Assembly: GCA_951406725.2 (NCBI GenBank)
Contig: OX597816.1
Span: forward strand, 145,328,001 to 145,392,000
DNA from: Octopus vulgaris
Lineage: Eukaryota
Direction: 5' to 3'
DNA: 64,000 nt
Shown here: positions 1-12,760 of the stretch, piece by piece
Position numbering within the stretch: the first letter of the stretch is position 1
Layout of the letters: each line of letters starts with the position of its first letter
Position numbers and translations under genes: made by a program
Notes under the pieces: generated by a model
The model's input: the letters and a program-made list of their open reading frames with translations, nothing else
The model's database searches: none
Told to the model about the DNA's origin: nothing

Positions 1-53
1 TAAGTTAGATATGGTCTGTGCCAATACTGGCCGAAACATATCAAAGTATCAAA

Positions 54-55
<2 letters not shown>
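1..55 (+). mobile_element. 3' terminus of a CR1-like LINE
   Basis: TAAGTTAGATATGGTCTGTGCCAATACTGGCCGAAAC resembles the 3' end of the CR1-like element at ~18611-18647 (TAAGTTAGACATGGCTTGGGCCAATGTTGGTCGAAAC). Confidence 0.55.
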
Positions 56-113
<58 letters not shown>

Positions 114-118
114 GAAGG

Positions 119-169
119 AGCTTCTACAGGACTAGAACTGTTTCATTCAAGAGAAATCTTCAGGAAGCT
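119..169 (-). ncRNA. Type I hammerhead ribozyme motif (3' pLTR copy)
   Basis: Reverse complement reads agcttc-CTGAAGA-tttc tctt gaat-GAAA-cag ttctagtc ctg-TA-gaagct; stems I, II and III pair. Confidence 0.85.
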
Positions 170-484
170 AGTTAACAAGAATTGTATTGGCATTTATACA
201 TTTAGGCAGGTTTAAAGGGGTGGTGGTGGGGGACTTTTTGGGGTAGCCATAGCGCAAAAATATCATATTTGGGGGAGTGGTCAAGGAGTCAGTGGTAAAT
301 TAGATAAAAGAATAAATAAAAGAATAAAAAAATATATAGAAGAATAGAGTTTTAGGTAAATAAGGAGATTCTCACTTATACCTATACACATATGTATACA
401 TATATACACACACACACACACATACATACACACATACATACACACACACACATATATATACACATACATATACATACATATATC

Positions 485-526
<42 letters not shown>

Positions 527-1136
527 TGCATATACATATACACACACACATGTATATATACACACACGACCACACATACATATACACACAAAAAAATATA
601 TACATACACACACGTACACATACACACATACACACACATATCCACATACACACATGCACACACAACACACAAGTCCCTATATACACATATATACATATAC
701 ACACATATATATATACATATATATATATACATATGTGTACCTATACATACCTACACATACACACATATATACATACAAATACAAACCCATTCCCTAATTT
801 TAATTTTATTATCTTCATTTATTACTTTTGTTATCTTTGACCGCTGGTCACGAGCATCTTGGCTACAACAGCAAGTCCATTTATCTTTCTACTTGAACAC
901 AAGCACTCACTCACGCACGCACACTCATTAGCACGCACACTCACTCATTCGTACACTCATACACATACACGCACGCACGCGTTATATTCATACATACATA
1001 CATACATCTACATACATTCACGTATATACACATACGTACGCGTACCTACAGATTCATGTCTACACTCTTAGAAGACTAGTCTATACATATACACCGATAA
1101 ATATATATACACACATACACATACACCTACATACAA

Positions 1137-1173
<37 letters not shown>

Positions 1174-1300
1174 CGTATATATACATACATACACCCATAC
1201 ATACATACATATATACACATACACACACCCACACGTATACATATACATACATATACGCGCATGCATACACATACATATACATACACATACACATATACAT

Positions 1301-1341
<41 letters not shown>

Positions 1342-1696
1342 AATACATACATATACATACATACATATACATATATACACACACACATACATACACATAT
1401 ACACATACACGCACATACACATATACATGCGTACCCATACACACACACACACGCGCATCCATATATACACATAAATACACACATGCGTAAAAGTATACAT
1501 ATATCTATGCTTACACATACACACACACACGCGCCTCCTTATGTTCATACTTACATGCATACTCAAAAAATAAATAATAAAATATATATATACACGTGCA
1601 GTTATTCATACATGCATACTCAAAAAATAAATAATAAATATTAAGTATATATACGTGCAGTTACCTATTATACAGACGGACACATACATATAAACT

Positions 1697-1736
<40 letters not shown>

Positions 1737-1801
1737 CCTACACATATGTACATATACATACACACATACATAACTCTACGTACCTACATATACATACACA
1801 C

Positions 1802-1856
<55 letters not shown>

Positions 1857-1881
1857 CATATACATACACACGCATACACAT

Positions 1882-1930
<49 letters not shown>

Positions 1931-2139
1931 CACATATATATATATACACATACATACATACACATACATATACATATACACACATACATACACATACATA
2001 TATACACACACACATACATATACATACACACATATATACATATATATATATATATATATACATGTGTGCAAACATACCTACATACTCATACACACACACA
2101 CACTTACATATACATATATACACACACTTACACACACAC

Positions 2140-2193
<54 letters not shown>

Positions 2194-2259
2194 ACATATG
2201 TACACATACACACACATATATTCATATATATATATATATATATACATATATACACACAC

Positions 2260-2316
<57 letters not shown>

Positions 2317-2479
2317 CACACACACACCTACACATACACACATATATACATATATACATACATATACACACATACACACACACACGTATATATACATACA
2401 TACACATACACATACATATATATATATATACATATATATACACATGCACATACGTATAACTCTACATACCCACATATAC

Positions 2480-2512
<33 letters not shown>

Positions 2513-2730
2513 TATACATATATATATGTATATATACACACACATATATACCCATCTACAATCTGTATATACACACACATACATGCACATACACATAACT
2601 CTACATACCTACATATACATCGACATACTCGCGTACACTTATATATATATATATATACATATACACATACATATACATATATATATATATATAAATATAT
2701 ATATACACACACACACATACACACACACAT

Positions 2731-2764
<34 letters not shown>

Positions 2765-2766
<2 letters not shown>

Positions 2767-2992
2767 CAACAATTGAGGGTAAAGTTAATTAGTTTTTAAT
2801 CAATTTCACCAAGTATTTAGTATGTAAAAGGACCATTATTTTTTTTTTCTTTTTTTTTTTGAGTAAACATTGTCTGAGAGAAAATTTTCTTTAAGTAGTG
2901 GAAATGGCTAAAAAACTTTTTGGGCTGCTATTTCTAGAAAGTTCAGTATGTGGCAAAGTAATTTATTTTACTAAGCCCTAATTATATAATAT
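2765..2992. mobile_element. Small nested PLE 3'-end remnant (two pieces in opposite orientation)
   Basis: 2861-2990 is nearly identical to 50968-51097, which lies downstream of an HHR. 2765-2838 resembles the reverse complement of the tail at 30505-30600. Confidence 0.65.
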
Positions 2993-3339
2993 TTTATATA
3001 TACATACACATACATACACACATACATATACACATACATATGCATACACACATATATACATATATACATATATACACACACACACACACACACATACATA
3101 TATATATATTTTTTTACATACATACACACACACACACACACATATTACATGCGTATATTCCTACTATACCCATACATTTCTATACATATATACGATACAC
3201 ATATACAAGCGTGCACATACAATATGTGAAAGGTCTTAGGAGAAAAGGTAATCGGGGGTGCTAGGGGAACGGTGGGATTGGGGGGGTTTGTTGGTGGGGT
3301 GTCATCAATCTGGTTGCCGGGTAGGTCTATAGTTCTTGT

Positions 3340-4094
3340 AGTTTGCATAATTCTTATGCATGCAATTTGGGAGTGTTCTGAGATCTTGTTAAGGAGAGGG
3401 CCTTTGGCGAACAAGATCTCTAGGCTCTCCGAAATGCAAAGGTCACAGCAGGTATGGCCTCCTGTGTACGAACGCGCCTTCTGTAGTAGTTTCCACTTGG
3501 TCTTGAAGGGGATGGAGTTCCTTTTAAGGTACCAGATGTGGGCGGCGAGGGTAGTTTGGTTGGATTTATCCGGTCGCCGGAACGAGTGTGTGTGGGCGTA
3601 CCAACGGGTCTTAAAGCTGTTTGACGTCATTCCGCTGTAGGATTTTCTTTTATCGTCAGGGCCTGATCTTACCTCGCATGTATATACTAGGTCCCTCTGT
3701 AGGCAGTTGTTGAGGGGGCAGGTGGTTTTATCAGGGCAGTTGCAATTGCTATCGGACGTTGGATGGGCCTCGGAAAAAGTAGATATATTAAGTTTTTTCA
3801 CATTGTTGTTGGCTAGGTTCCTGGCTAGATTGGGCGTGGTAGAGTAGGAGAGTCTAATAGTGTTCTTGTTTAGGATAGTGTAGTACTTATGTTGGGTGGG
3901 GAAGTGTTTCTGTAGGAGAGTGAAGAAGATTTTAGCTACAGGTGTAGCGACCTCACGGTTGAAGGGGGGTTGTACCAGCTAATATGTCTTCGTCTATTTT
4001 TCCTGGGTTGGCGTGGGGCTATACTAGTATAGGTAATCTTATCTTTAAAGCCACTGCGGGCCAGGGCCTCGTTGTAATAGGGGGCTGCGGCCTT
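3340..4094 (-). pseudogene. PLE ORF C-terminal part: thumb/linker plus GIY-YIG endonuclease, frameshifted
   Basis: Manual translation: PYYNEALARSGFKDKITY...RRHISWYNPP/FNREV...KHFP...ILNKNTIRLSYSTTPN...CNCPDKTTCPLNNCL...LVY...YSGMT..FKTRW..H..SF...TTLAAHIW.LK...CDLCISE...LLNK. There is a frameshift in the G6 run at 3964-3969 and another near the end. Confidence 0.9.
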
Positions 4095-4251
4095 ATATGT
4101 ATATATATATGTGTGTATGTATATGTATGTATGTATATATGTGTGTGTATGTGTATGTGTAAATGTACATATACGTGTACGCTCGTGTGTTTATGTATAT
4201 GTAGGTACGTAGAGTTATGTATGTGTGTATGTATATGTACATATGTGTAAG

Positions 4252-4298
<47 letters not shown>

Positions 4299-4834
4299 AA
4301 GTTTATATGTATGTGTCCGTCTGTATAATAGGTAACTGCACGTATATATACTTAATATTTATTATTTATTTTTTGAGTATGCATGTATGAATAACTGCAC
4401 GTGTATATATATATTTTATTATTTATTTTTTGAGTATGCATGTAAGTATGAACATAAGGAGTCGCGTGTGTGTGTGTGTGTATGTGTAAGCATAGATATA
4501 TGTATACTTTTACGCATGTGTGTATTTATGTGTATATATGGATGCGCGTGTGTGTGTGTGTATGGGTACGCATGTATATGTGTATGTGCGTGTATGTGTA
4601 TATGTGTATGTATGTGTGTGTGTATATATGTATACGTATGTATGTATATGTATGTATTTGTATATATATATATATACGTATATATATATATGTAGGTATA
4701 TGTATATGTGTATGTGTATGTATATGTATGTGTATGCATGCGCGTATATGTATGTATATGTATACGTGTGGGTGTGTGTATGTGTATATATGTATGTATG
4801 TATGGGTGTATGTATGTATGTATGTATATATACG

Positions 4835-4871
<37 letters not shown>

Positions 4872-5273
4872 TTGTATGTAGGTGTATGTGTATGTGTGTA
4901 TATATATTTATCGGTGTATATGTATAGACTAGTCTTCTAAGAGTGTAGACATGAATCTGTAGGTACGCGTACGTATGTGTATATACGTGAATGTATGTAG
5001 ATGTATGTATGTATGTATGAATATAACGCGTGCGTGCGTGTATGTGTATGAGTGTACGAATGAGTGAGTGTGCGTGCTAATGAGTGTGCGTGCGTGAGTG
5101 AGTGCTTGTGTTCAAGTAGAAAGATAAATGGACTTGCTGTTGTAGCCAAGATGCTTGTGACCAGCGGTCAAAGATAACAAAAGTAATAAATGAAGATAAT
5201 AAAATTAAAATTAGGGAATGGGTTTGTATTTGTATGTATATATGTGTGTATGTGTAGGTATGTATAGGTACAC

Positions 5274-5321
<48 letters not shown>

Positions 5322-5491
5322 ATATGTATATATGTGTATATAGGGACTTGTGTGTTGTGTGTGCATGTGTGTATGTGGATATGTGTGTGTATGTGTGTAT
5401 GTGTATGTGTGTGTATGTATATATTTTTTTGTGTGTATATGTATGTGTGGTCGTGTGTGTATATATACATGTGTGTGTATATGTATATGCA

Positions 5492-5531
<40 letters not shown>

Positions 5532-5846
5532 GATATATGTATGTATATGTATGTGTATATATATATGTGTGTGTGTGTATGATGTGTGTATGTATATGTG
5601 TGTGTGTGTGTATATGTATACATATGTGTATAGGTATAAGTGAGAATCTCCTTATTTACCTAAAACCCTATTCTTCTATATATTTTTTTATTCTTTTATT
5701 TATTCTTTTATCTAATTTACCACTGACTCCTTGACCACTCCCCCAAATATGATATTTTTGCGCTATGCCTACCCCCAAAAAGTCCCCCACCACCACCCCT
5801 TTAAACCTGCCTAAATGTATAAATGCCAATACAATTCTTGTTAACT

Positions 5847-5897
5847 AGCTTCCTGAAGATTTCTCTTGAATGAAACAGTTCTAGTCCTGTAGAAGCT
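5847..5897 (+). ncRNA. Type I hammerhead ribozyme motif (inverted pLTR copy)
   Basis: agcttc-CTGAAGA-tttctcttgaat-GAAA-cagttctagtcctg-TA-gaagct; predicted GUA cleavage after 5891. Confidence 0.85.
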
Positions 5898-5980
5898 CCT
5901 TCTATATAATAAATTAACTTTAGTCTGCTATGTATTGAGTACCTTATTTACTGTGGTTAACCCCGAATCAAACCGGGACC

Positions 5981-6042
<62 letters not shown>

Positions 6043-6048
<6 letters not shown>

Positions 6049-6359
6049 TAATCCAAACATGAAAACCAAGACAAAACTCAACAACGCGATGAGGTGGAAC
6101 AAGTATAGTGTTATAGGACGCTCAGGAAAGTAAAGAAAGAAGGAGGATATAACGTTTTGAGCGGAGCTCTTCGTCAGAAACATAGGAAAAGGAAAGATCC
6201 AAGGAAGGGAAAACAGAGGAAAAAATCGCCAACGATACACACACGGTCACATTTTGAATGACCGGAAGGGAATGGGTGAAGAAAAAGTTCTTTCAAAGAC
6301 AGGAGAATGCAAGAGAAGGAGATATGTGCGGGTATGTGCGTGCGTGCAGGTATCTCTGT

Positions 6360-6415
<56 letters not shown>

Positions 6416-6550
6416 TTGTGGCTGTTAATCTATGTGTGTGGTTGGGCTTACTATCGGTTAAGGTCAAGGAAAAATGATAGTAGGAGTGGCTCTTGTATCG
6501 ACCTACCCATGTGCGTAGAAGAATAGACAGTGGAAAGTACTGGTAGTTCT
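6043..6550 (-). mobile_element. PLE 3' end, family B (HHR-like core at 6147-6181 with GAAA changed to AAAA)
   Basis: Homologous to 6662-6910, 8400-8590 and 20414-20627; flanked by (TA)n. Confidence 0.7.
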
Positions 6551-6661
6551 ATATATATATATATATATATATATAGATGGATAGATAGATATGGTCTGTG
6601 CCAATACTGGCCGAAACATATCAAAGTATCAAACTATATATATATATACATATATATATAT

Positions 6662-6910
6662 ATAAAGTTAATCCAAACATGAAAACCACGACAAAACTCA
6701 ACAACGCGATGAGGTGGAACAAGTATAGTGTTATAGGACGCTCAGGAAAGTAAAGAAAGAAGGAGGATACAACGTTTCGAGCGGAGCTCTTCGTCAGAAA
6801 CATAGGAAAAGGAAAGATCCAAGGAAGGGAAGACAACGGAAAAAAATCACCAACGATACACACATGGTCACATTTTGAATGACCGGAAGGGAATGGGTGA
6901 AGAAAAAGTT
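6662..6910 (-). mobile_element. PLE 3' end, family B, direct repeat of 6043-6290
   Basis: Near-identical to 6043-6290. Confidence 0.75.
6767..6801 (-). ncRNA. Minimal HHR-like motif
   Basis: gttt-CTGACGA-a-gagc tcc gctc-GAAA-cg-TT; palindromic ACGT stem III; stem I is degenerate in this copy. Confidence 0.6.
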
Positions 6911-7269
6911 GCTACAATGTTATACTGTCATATGTCCAAATTGTGTTTTTTCTTTCTAATATTCAATTTTGCTTGCAATAACCGGCTCTTTTGGTCAATC
7001 TATTGTAGCCCCAGCTGCTTCATAAACCAAGATGTGAAAATTGGCAAAGTGTAGTACAACGATTTAGCCATTTTCAGAAGTGTAGTAACTGCCACATACG
7101 ACAGTTTTCAAAAATAATTTGGGCTGAAAATATCATACATGCATTTAGTTACGGCTTTATACACCCAACAAAGTATTATTGTTAAGCTGAAACTCTTGCT
7201 AATGTAAAAAGAAATGGAATGGCGAATCTATTTTTTCTTTTACTGAAAAAGCAACGTTTTGGACTTTTG

Positions 7270-8590
7270 CATGATAACACACACATATACGCACATACAT
7301 ATATACCCACACACATGCACACACACACACATACGCACATGCATGCATGCATGCACACGCGCACACCTACACGCATACACACACACACACGCACGTACAC
7401 ATACATACATACACACACGCATACATACACCCATACACATACATGCATCCTACACACACATACATACACACTCACACATACATACACACACACACACTCA
7501 CTCACACACCTGTATGTACACGCACACACATGCGCATACACACACTTCCCCATACCCACACGTACATACATACATACTCATACACATACACACACACACA
7601 CACACGGACATACATCTATGCACACACATATATACGCACATACTCACATACATTCATCGGACACACTGCCACCCAGACATACACACAGACACACTCACAC
7701 ATCCACACACATACATACTTACGCGCATACTCGCAGGCGCGTGCACACACGCGCTTGCGCCGGTTCGCGCACGCATACGCGCCGCATGCACCTCGCTCTT
7801 GGACCCGACGAGACCTCCCGCCCGTTCCTGGGACCGTCGCTTGTCGTTGGGTTTTCCCACGCCCGTCTCCGCGGGACCACTCTTCCATCTTCCCCTCAGC
7901 TGGAGTCCTTTTTCCTTAACCCCCCCTTTTTCGTTACACATACGCGCACACATATACACACATTGCTTAAATATATACATTACTCTTACACACATTCAAT
8001 CTACTCGCCATTAATACTACCACGACACTGGACACACACACACACTACTACTCAACACACGCTGGCACGCTACATACGCCCCCACCCCTTCCCCTCCCTC
8101 CCTTCCTCCTTCCTTCGTTTTCTTACTACTGACCTTTGTCTGCTAAGCTGACCACTGTCTCGCCCTACCTCACACGCCTACACACAGACGCACACACTAA
8201 CACATACATATATTTTTTGTTTTTTTATCTCGCCTAACACACACACATACACACACGCACACGCACACACTCACACATACACACACATCTGTTGCGTTAC
8301 CAACCTTGTCTCCACTCTTTTGCCTTTAAAAACCTACTTTGCTCTTGTTATCGTAAACATCCGCCTTTCACCATGTGCAACTCGTAAACACCAGTCGTTT
8401 TTTTTCTCTATCCCTGTTGCCCGCTCTGGGATCTTTCTTTCCTCTCTCTTCCTTCTTTATGTTTCCGACGAAGAGCTCCGCTCGAAACGTCATACCTCCC
8501 TGCTTCCATTTCCTGAGCGCCTATTAATAATAATACTGTAATTGTTCCATTGTTGTTGTTTTTTTGTTTCCCGTTTGGATTAAAATTATA
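7270..8590 (+). mobile_element. PLE 3' region, family B, with CA-rich UTR
   Basis: Ends in GTTTGGATTAA plus (TA)n like the other family B copies; HHR-like motif at 8461-8495. Confidence 0.6.
8461..8495 (+). ncRNA. Minimal HHR-like motif (U4>C variant)
   Basis: gttt-CCGACGA-a-gagc tcc gctc-GAAA-cg-TC-atac. Confidence 0.55.
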
Positions 8591-8602
8591 TATATATATA
8601 TA

Positions 8603-8790
8603 GGTAGTCTGATCAATTAGTATCCGGACTGTTGCCATAGTAACGAAGTTAAAGCACGCAGAGTAAACCCGTTTGATACATATTGACCTTGAACTCTACT
8701 GTGCATGTGCACTAGGTTTTAACGTTCTAGCTCACTTCCACTCTTTATTATAGTGTTTGAAAGGAATGTATGAATGTATAAGCGCGTGAG
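8603..8790 (+). mobile_element. Mariner-like terminal fragment
   Basis: TA followed by GGTAGTCTGATCAATTAGTATCCGGACTG, resembling mariner TIRs; no partner TIR seen. Confidence 0.4.
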
Positions 8791-8873
8791 ATGCATTTAG
8801 ATGTTTAGATTGCGAAATATAAACTTAGTAAATACTAATAGCTCAGAAACATTGACCAGTAAAAGCTAAAAAC

Positions 8874-9030
8874 AGGCGTGGCTGTGTGTTAAGAAGACTG
8901 CTTCACAGTCACAGGGTTCCGTGTTCAGTTCCCCTGTGTGGCACCATTGGCAAGTGTCTTCTGCTATAGTCTCGGGCCGACCAAAGCCTGTGAGTGGATA
9001 TTGTAGACGGAAACTGAAAGAAGCCCGACG

Positions 9031-9076
<46 letters not shown>

Positions 9077-9305
9077 TATATATATATGTATGTATGTATT
9101 ATTTGCGTGTGTCCTTACCATCGTTTCACAATCGGTGTTGGTGTGTTACGTCCCCGTAACCAGCGGTTCGGCAAAAGAGACCGATATAATAAGCACTAAA
9201 CTTGCAAAGAATAAGTTCTGGGGTAGATTTGTTCGATTAAAGGTGGTGTTCCAGCATGGCCACAATCAATTGACTGAAACAAATAAATGAATAAACGAAT
9301 AAAAG
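8874..9305 (+). mobile_element. tRNA-derived SINE, full length, with internal microsatellite
   Basis: Head with A-box-like (GGCTGTGTGTTAAG) and B-box-like (GTTCAGTTCC) motifs. Homologous heads at 19631, 23598, 48535, 48650 and 59290; homologous tails at 18935, 48385 and 59608. Confidence 0.85.
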
Positions 9306-9696
9306 AATATGTATATAACAAAGACGTGTTGCTCTGACATATAAGGAAGGACGGCTTGTTTTCTGTTGCACGAGAGTATTCTAGACAGCAGCCAATAAAA
9401 GACAACCGAATTTTTGACATAAATTTAGTCATATACATTCCTAAACCAATGGCTTACGGGTTGGGGAGTTGTTTCTCAGTAACTTTTGTATAGTTACTTT
9501 CATTGGTCTTTGTTCTTCAGAGCTGGCTGTATTCTTAAAACATTTTCTTAGACATTCAGATTTCAAAGTCTGATCACTGTTTTATTTACAAACTCAAAGC
9601 CAAGCACTAGTCGTTCCTTTGAAGAATATCGTTCCTCTGAATTTTTACTCCAGGCCATGCGTTTCTCGCTTGTGTTTATATATACATAAAAGTTAA

Positions 9697-9748
9697 AGGG
9701 CATATAGCGGAATGGTTAAGAGCCCGGGCTACTAACCCCAAGATTGCG
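9697..9748 (+). mobile_element. Truncated tRNA-like SINE head followed by (AAT)n
   Basis: GGGCATATAGCGGAATGGTTAAGAGCCCGGGCTACTAACCCC is a tRNA 5' half only. Confidence 0.55.
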
Positions 9749-9749
9749 A

Positions 9750-9825
<76 letters not shown>

Positions 9826-10457
9826 TAATAATAACGATAAATGCCCTGATGCAGTACCAGACAGTGGCTCTCATGGCTTCTGATCTTAACCGATTGGAAG
9901 TGTTATCATGTACGTTGTTTTATCTTGGTATAAAAGATAGGCTACAGCAAATATTCTGCTCAATACTACAGATTTGCTTGTCAGTTGTTTGACCTTAACC
10001 AGTTGACCATGTCCCTTACTTGCTGACGATATGTGCATCTCTGATCACGAGCAGAAGTAGTGGGGAAGCATCATAGCCAAGTGTTGAAAGGAATTCTTAG
10101 AGGTTTCGATAATTCACCTTTGGAAACATGGGTGGTTCGTTCAACACCCTTAAACAATCCTTATTCAGGGACCTTTTGAGCGGTATGGTCTACTCGACCA
10201 GAAGAAAATTGTAACTGGGCCCCATTTGCAAGGTCATGCACTGTTTATCTTGATATGAGATCCCCATGTCACGCATATATGGTTGTGATGCATGTGCCTG
10301 GTGTACCCTTATCAGACGGGTAGTCATGATGGGTATACTGAGCCTCGCATATTTAACCTCATTGTCACTTTGATGGCATGCACTGCTCTCTCACTCAATG
10401 ATAATAATAACAACAACAACAACAACAACAACAATAATAATAATAATAATAATAACA
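9749..10457. repeat. (AAT)n / (AAC)n tracts enclosing a ~560 bp complex insert (9838-10397)
   Basis: Trinucleotide tracts on both sides; the non-coding insert has sharp borders. Confidence 0.6.
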
Positions 10458-10515
10458 TTTCCAAAAAATACCTTAGGAATGGGAACCCAGGTTTGGGTTC
10501 GATATTCTACGGGGA

Positions 10516-10557
10516 CACCTGATGAAAGCTGGAGAGTAAATCAACAGAAACGTTGTG
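10516..10557 (+). ncRNA. Minimal type I HHR motif within a short repeat (~10460-10610)
   Basis: cac-CTGATGA-aagctggagagtaaatcaaca-GAAA-cg-TT-gtg; palindromic AACGTT; stem II decayed. Confidence 0.65.
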
Positions 10558-10816
10558 GTAACAACAAAGAAGATGAGGACACATATTCGTCTAACGTAAA
10601 TAATGTACAGAATTCTGCATCTCAAAAATATAGAACAGTATCAAAGAGAAAAGACATCGATATTGCTGGTCTTAGAGGCATAACTAAATATATGGAGACC
10701 GAACTTTTGCAAAGACATAGCAAATTCAAATGAAAGTATGCTATTGTGTGTGTGAGCGTGTGTAAGAGAGAAAGAAAGTAAGAGAGAAAGAGAGGAAGAA
10801 AGAGAGAGGAGAGAGG

Positions 10817-10884
<68 letters not shown>

Positions 10885-10917
10885 ATGATGAACTCTAGGA
10901 ATATTCTTATGACTGAG

Positions 10918-11002
10918 GCATACAGAACGAAAATCTATTTTAAAATTAAAACTATATTTGGCATACAGAACGAAAATCTATTTAAAATTAAAACTATATT
11001 TG
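10918..11002 (+). repeat. Tandem duplication of a ~43 bp unit
   Basis: GCATACAGAACGAAAATCTATTT(T)AAAATTAAAACTATATTTG twice. Confidence 0.9.
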
Positions 11003-12049
11003 AATATGTCTGCAAAATTCTAGTGAATGTAAAATTTGATTTTGTCAAACTTGAACAGCTCGTTCCCATATACCTCAAACCACAGAATAATGTAAATCAG
11101 AACCAGTTGTGGGATAGTACTTTTTTCGAAGGGATAAAGGGGAAATAGAAATCTAGATCCTGCAATTTCACCAAGCCTGCTGCAGATGTTATTCTGTCCA
11201 TTTGACACTCGATATAAGAGATATTTTGTGAAGACAACTACACGCAGATGAGATGGCTTTATGTATTTAGACCCCACATTGCTAATACCGCTTCCGTCGC
11301 TAATTATGAAATAATATATGCGTGTGTGTGCGCAAGTAGGTGTGCGTATGTATGTGTAGGTATCTGTGTGTGCGATATCACATATAAGTTTATATGATCA
11401 TATAGACTGGGCTATACTTACTCGGCGTAAAATGCGCGTTTATTAACATTCACGTTATCCTTAGAATAACTTTCTTTTACTTAATTTACCGATAAATGAA
11501 TAATATGATTATCATTTATAGAGAAATATAATGTTTATATTCTAGAAAAATTTTTTTAATTGTTTGTTAGAATTAATTCGAATGTCAAAACACATCATTT
11601 CGCTAACCCAATATTTCCAACATATATTCATTATCTTCTCATATTTAATTTATTTTTGCGATTTATTCTAGATCTATGTCTGCTGTTATTTTCTCCTGAA
11701 ATGAGTTTATATATTCATAATATATATTTAAAAAATATTTTATTTGTTTGACTCAATATTGGTTCATAGAATAATTTTCATTCTTCATTGTTCTTTAGAG
11801 ATATTTTTTATAGTTAGTATATATCGTTTAGGAATATAATACAAACACACACGCACATACGCACATATACAATCATCTATCTCTTTCTCTCTCTCTCCCT
11901 CTCTCTCTCTCTATATATATATATCTATGTACATGTGTTTATATTTCTATGTATATATATATATGTATGTATGTATATATGTATATATATATATATAAAT
12001 ACGCACACACACACACATTTATTTATACACATCGCAGCCCGCACACATA

Positions 12050-12412
12050 TCTGACGCTGACTGACGTTGCAGGGCAGCACTTATATTGCTAGAAGTAAGA
12101 GCTAAAAGGCCCTAATAGCCAGAGGAAGCACATGCCTTATTTCACACGACTATTTTGCCGAAGCAGTCGCTGATTCATATGCTAAATACTATATAATGAC
12201 AGGTGGGATTCAGCTAAATCATCTAGCGGTAGAGTAGTCACCACTAAGGAGCTTTAATTCGACGTGAAATTAAACTTGTATGGTGATCTCGCACACTGTG
12301 GGGTGGGTACCTCGCCTGTCAGTTCATAGACATATGCTTCCTGCGGCAATAAGGGTTTTTTCGCTCTCATTTCCAGAAGTTCAGGTACTAACTACTCTGC
12401 ACCGTCAGTGAC
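12050..12412. mobile_element. Degenerate MITE-like element with nested inverted repeats
   Basis: CTAGAAGTAAGAGCTAAAAGGCCCT pairs imperfectly with AGGGTTTTTTCGCTCTCATTTCCAG; TGACAGGTGGG pairs with CTCGCCTGTCA. Confidence 0.45.
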
Positions 12413-12697
12413 AAGTAGTGACAACAAAACACACGCGCACACACACACGCACACACACACACACACGTATAAACACACATGCATACACACACATACATAC
12501 ATATACATGCTTCTTTAGCTTGTATACACATGCCTTGTTAGCTTGTAGAGCATATGTAATAGTAAGCAGACTGAACCTATGACAAACTAAGTGTCTTGCT
12601 CAATGCATCACCGATTTGGTTGATCCAAGAATCGAACACACGAACTCACGATACTGAACACCACACCTTGAAGAGAAGGGTCGCAACATATATGCAT

Positions 12698-12760
<63 letters not shown>

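Larger units (their letters stand above)
106..5980 (-). mobile_element. 5'-truncated Penelope-like retroelement with inverted pseudo-LTR (fold-back structure), inserted in (TA)n
   Basis: Arms ~106-1800 and ~4190-5910 are reverse complements, including unique non-microsatellite blocks. The centre encodes a PLE linker plus GIY-YIG domain. There is an HHR near each outer end and (TA)n on both flanks. Confidence 0.9.

Noticed and set aside
18-3264. Many long ORFs rich in YI/HT/CV (also at 4.4-5.7, 7.2-8.1, 36, 48.7-50 and 56 kb)
   Set aside because: Translations of (TA)n/(CA)n microsatellites that lack stop codons; not proteins
3272-3640. 122 aa plus-strand ORF
   Set aside because: Antisense to the PLE GIY-YIG coding region
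9697-9748. Possible tRNA gene (also the SINE heads at 8874, 24328 and 51440)
   Set aside because: No complete cloverleaf; these are SINE heads
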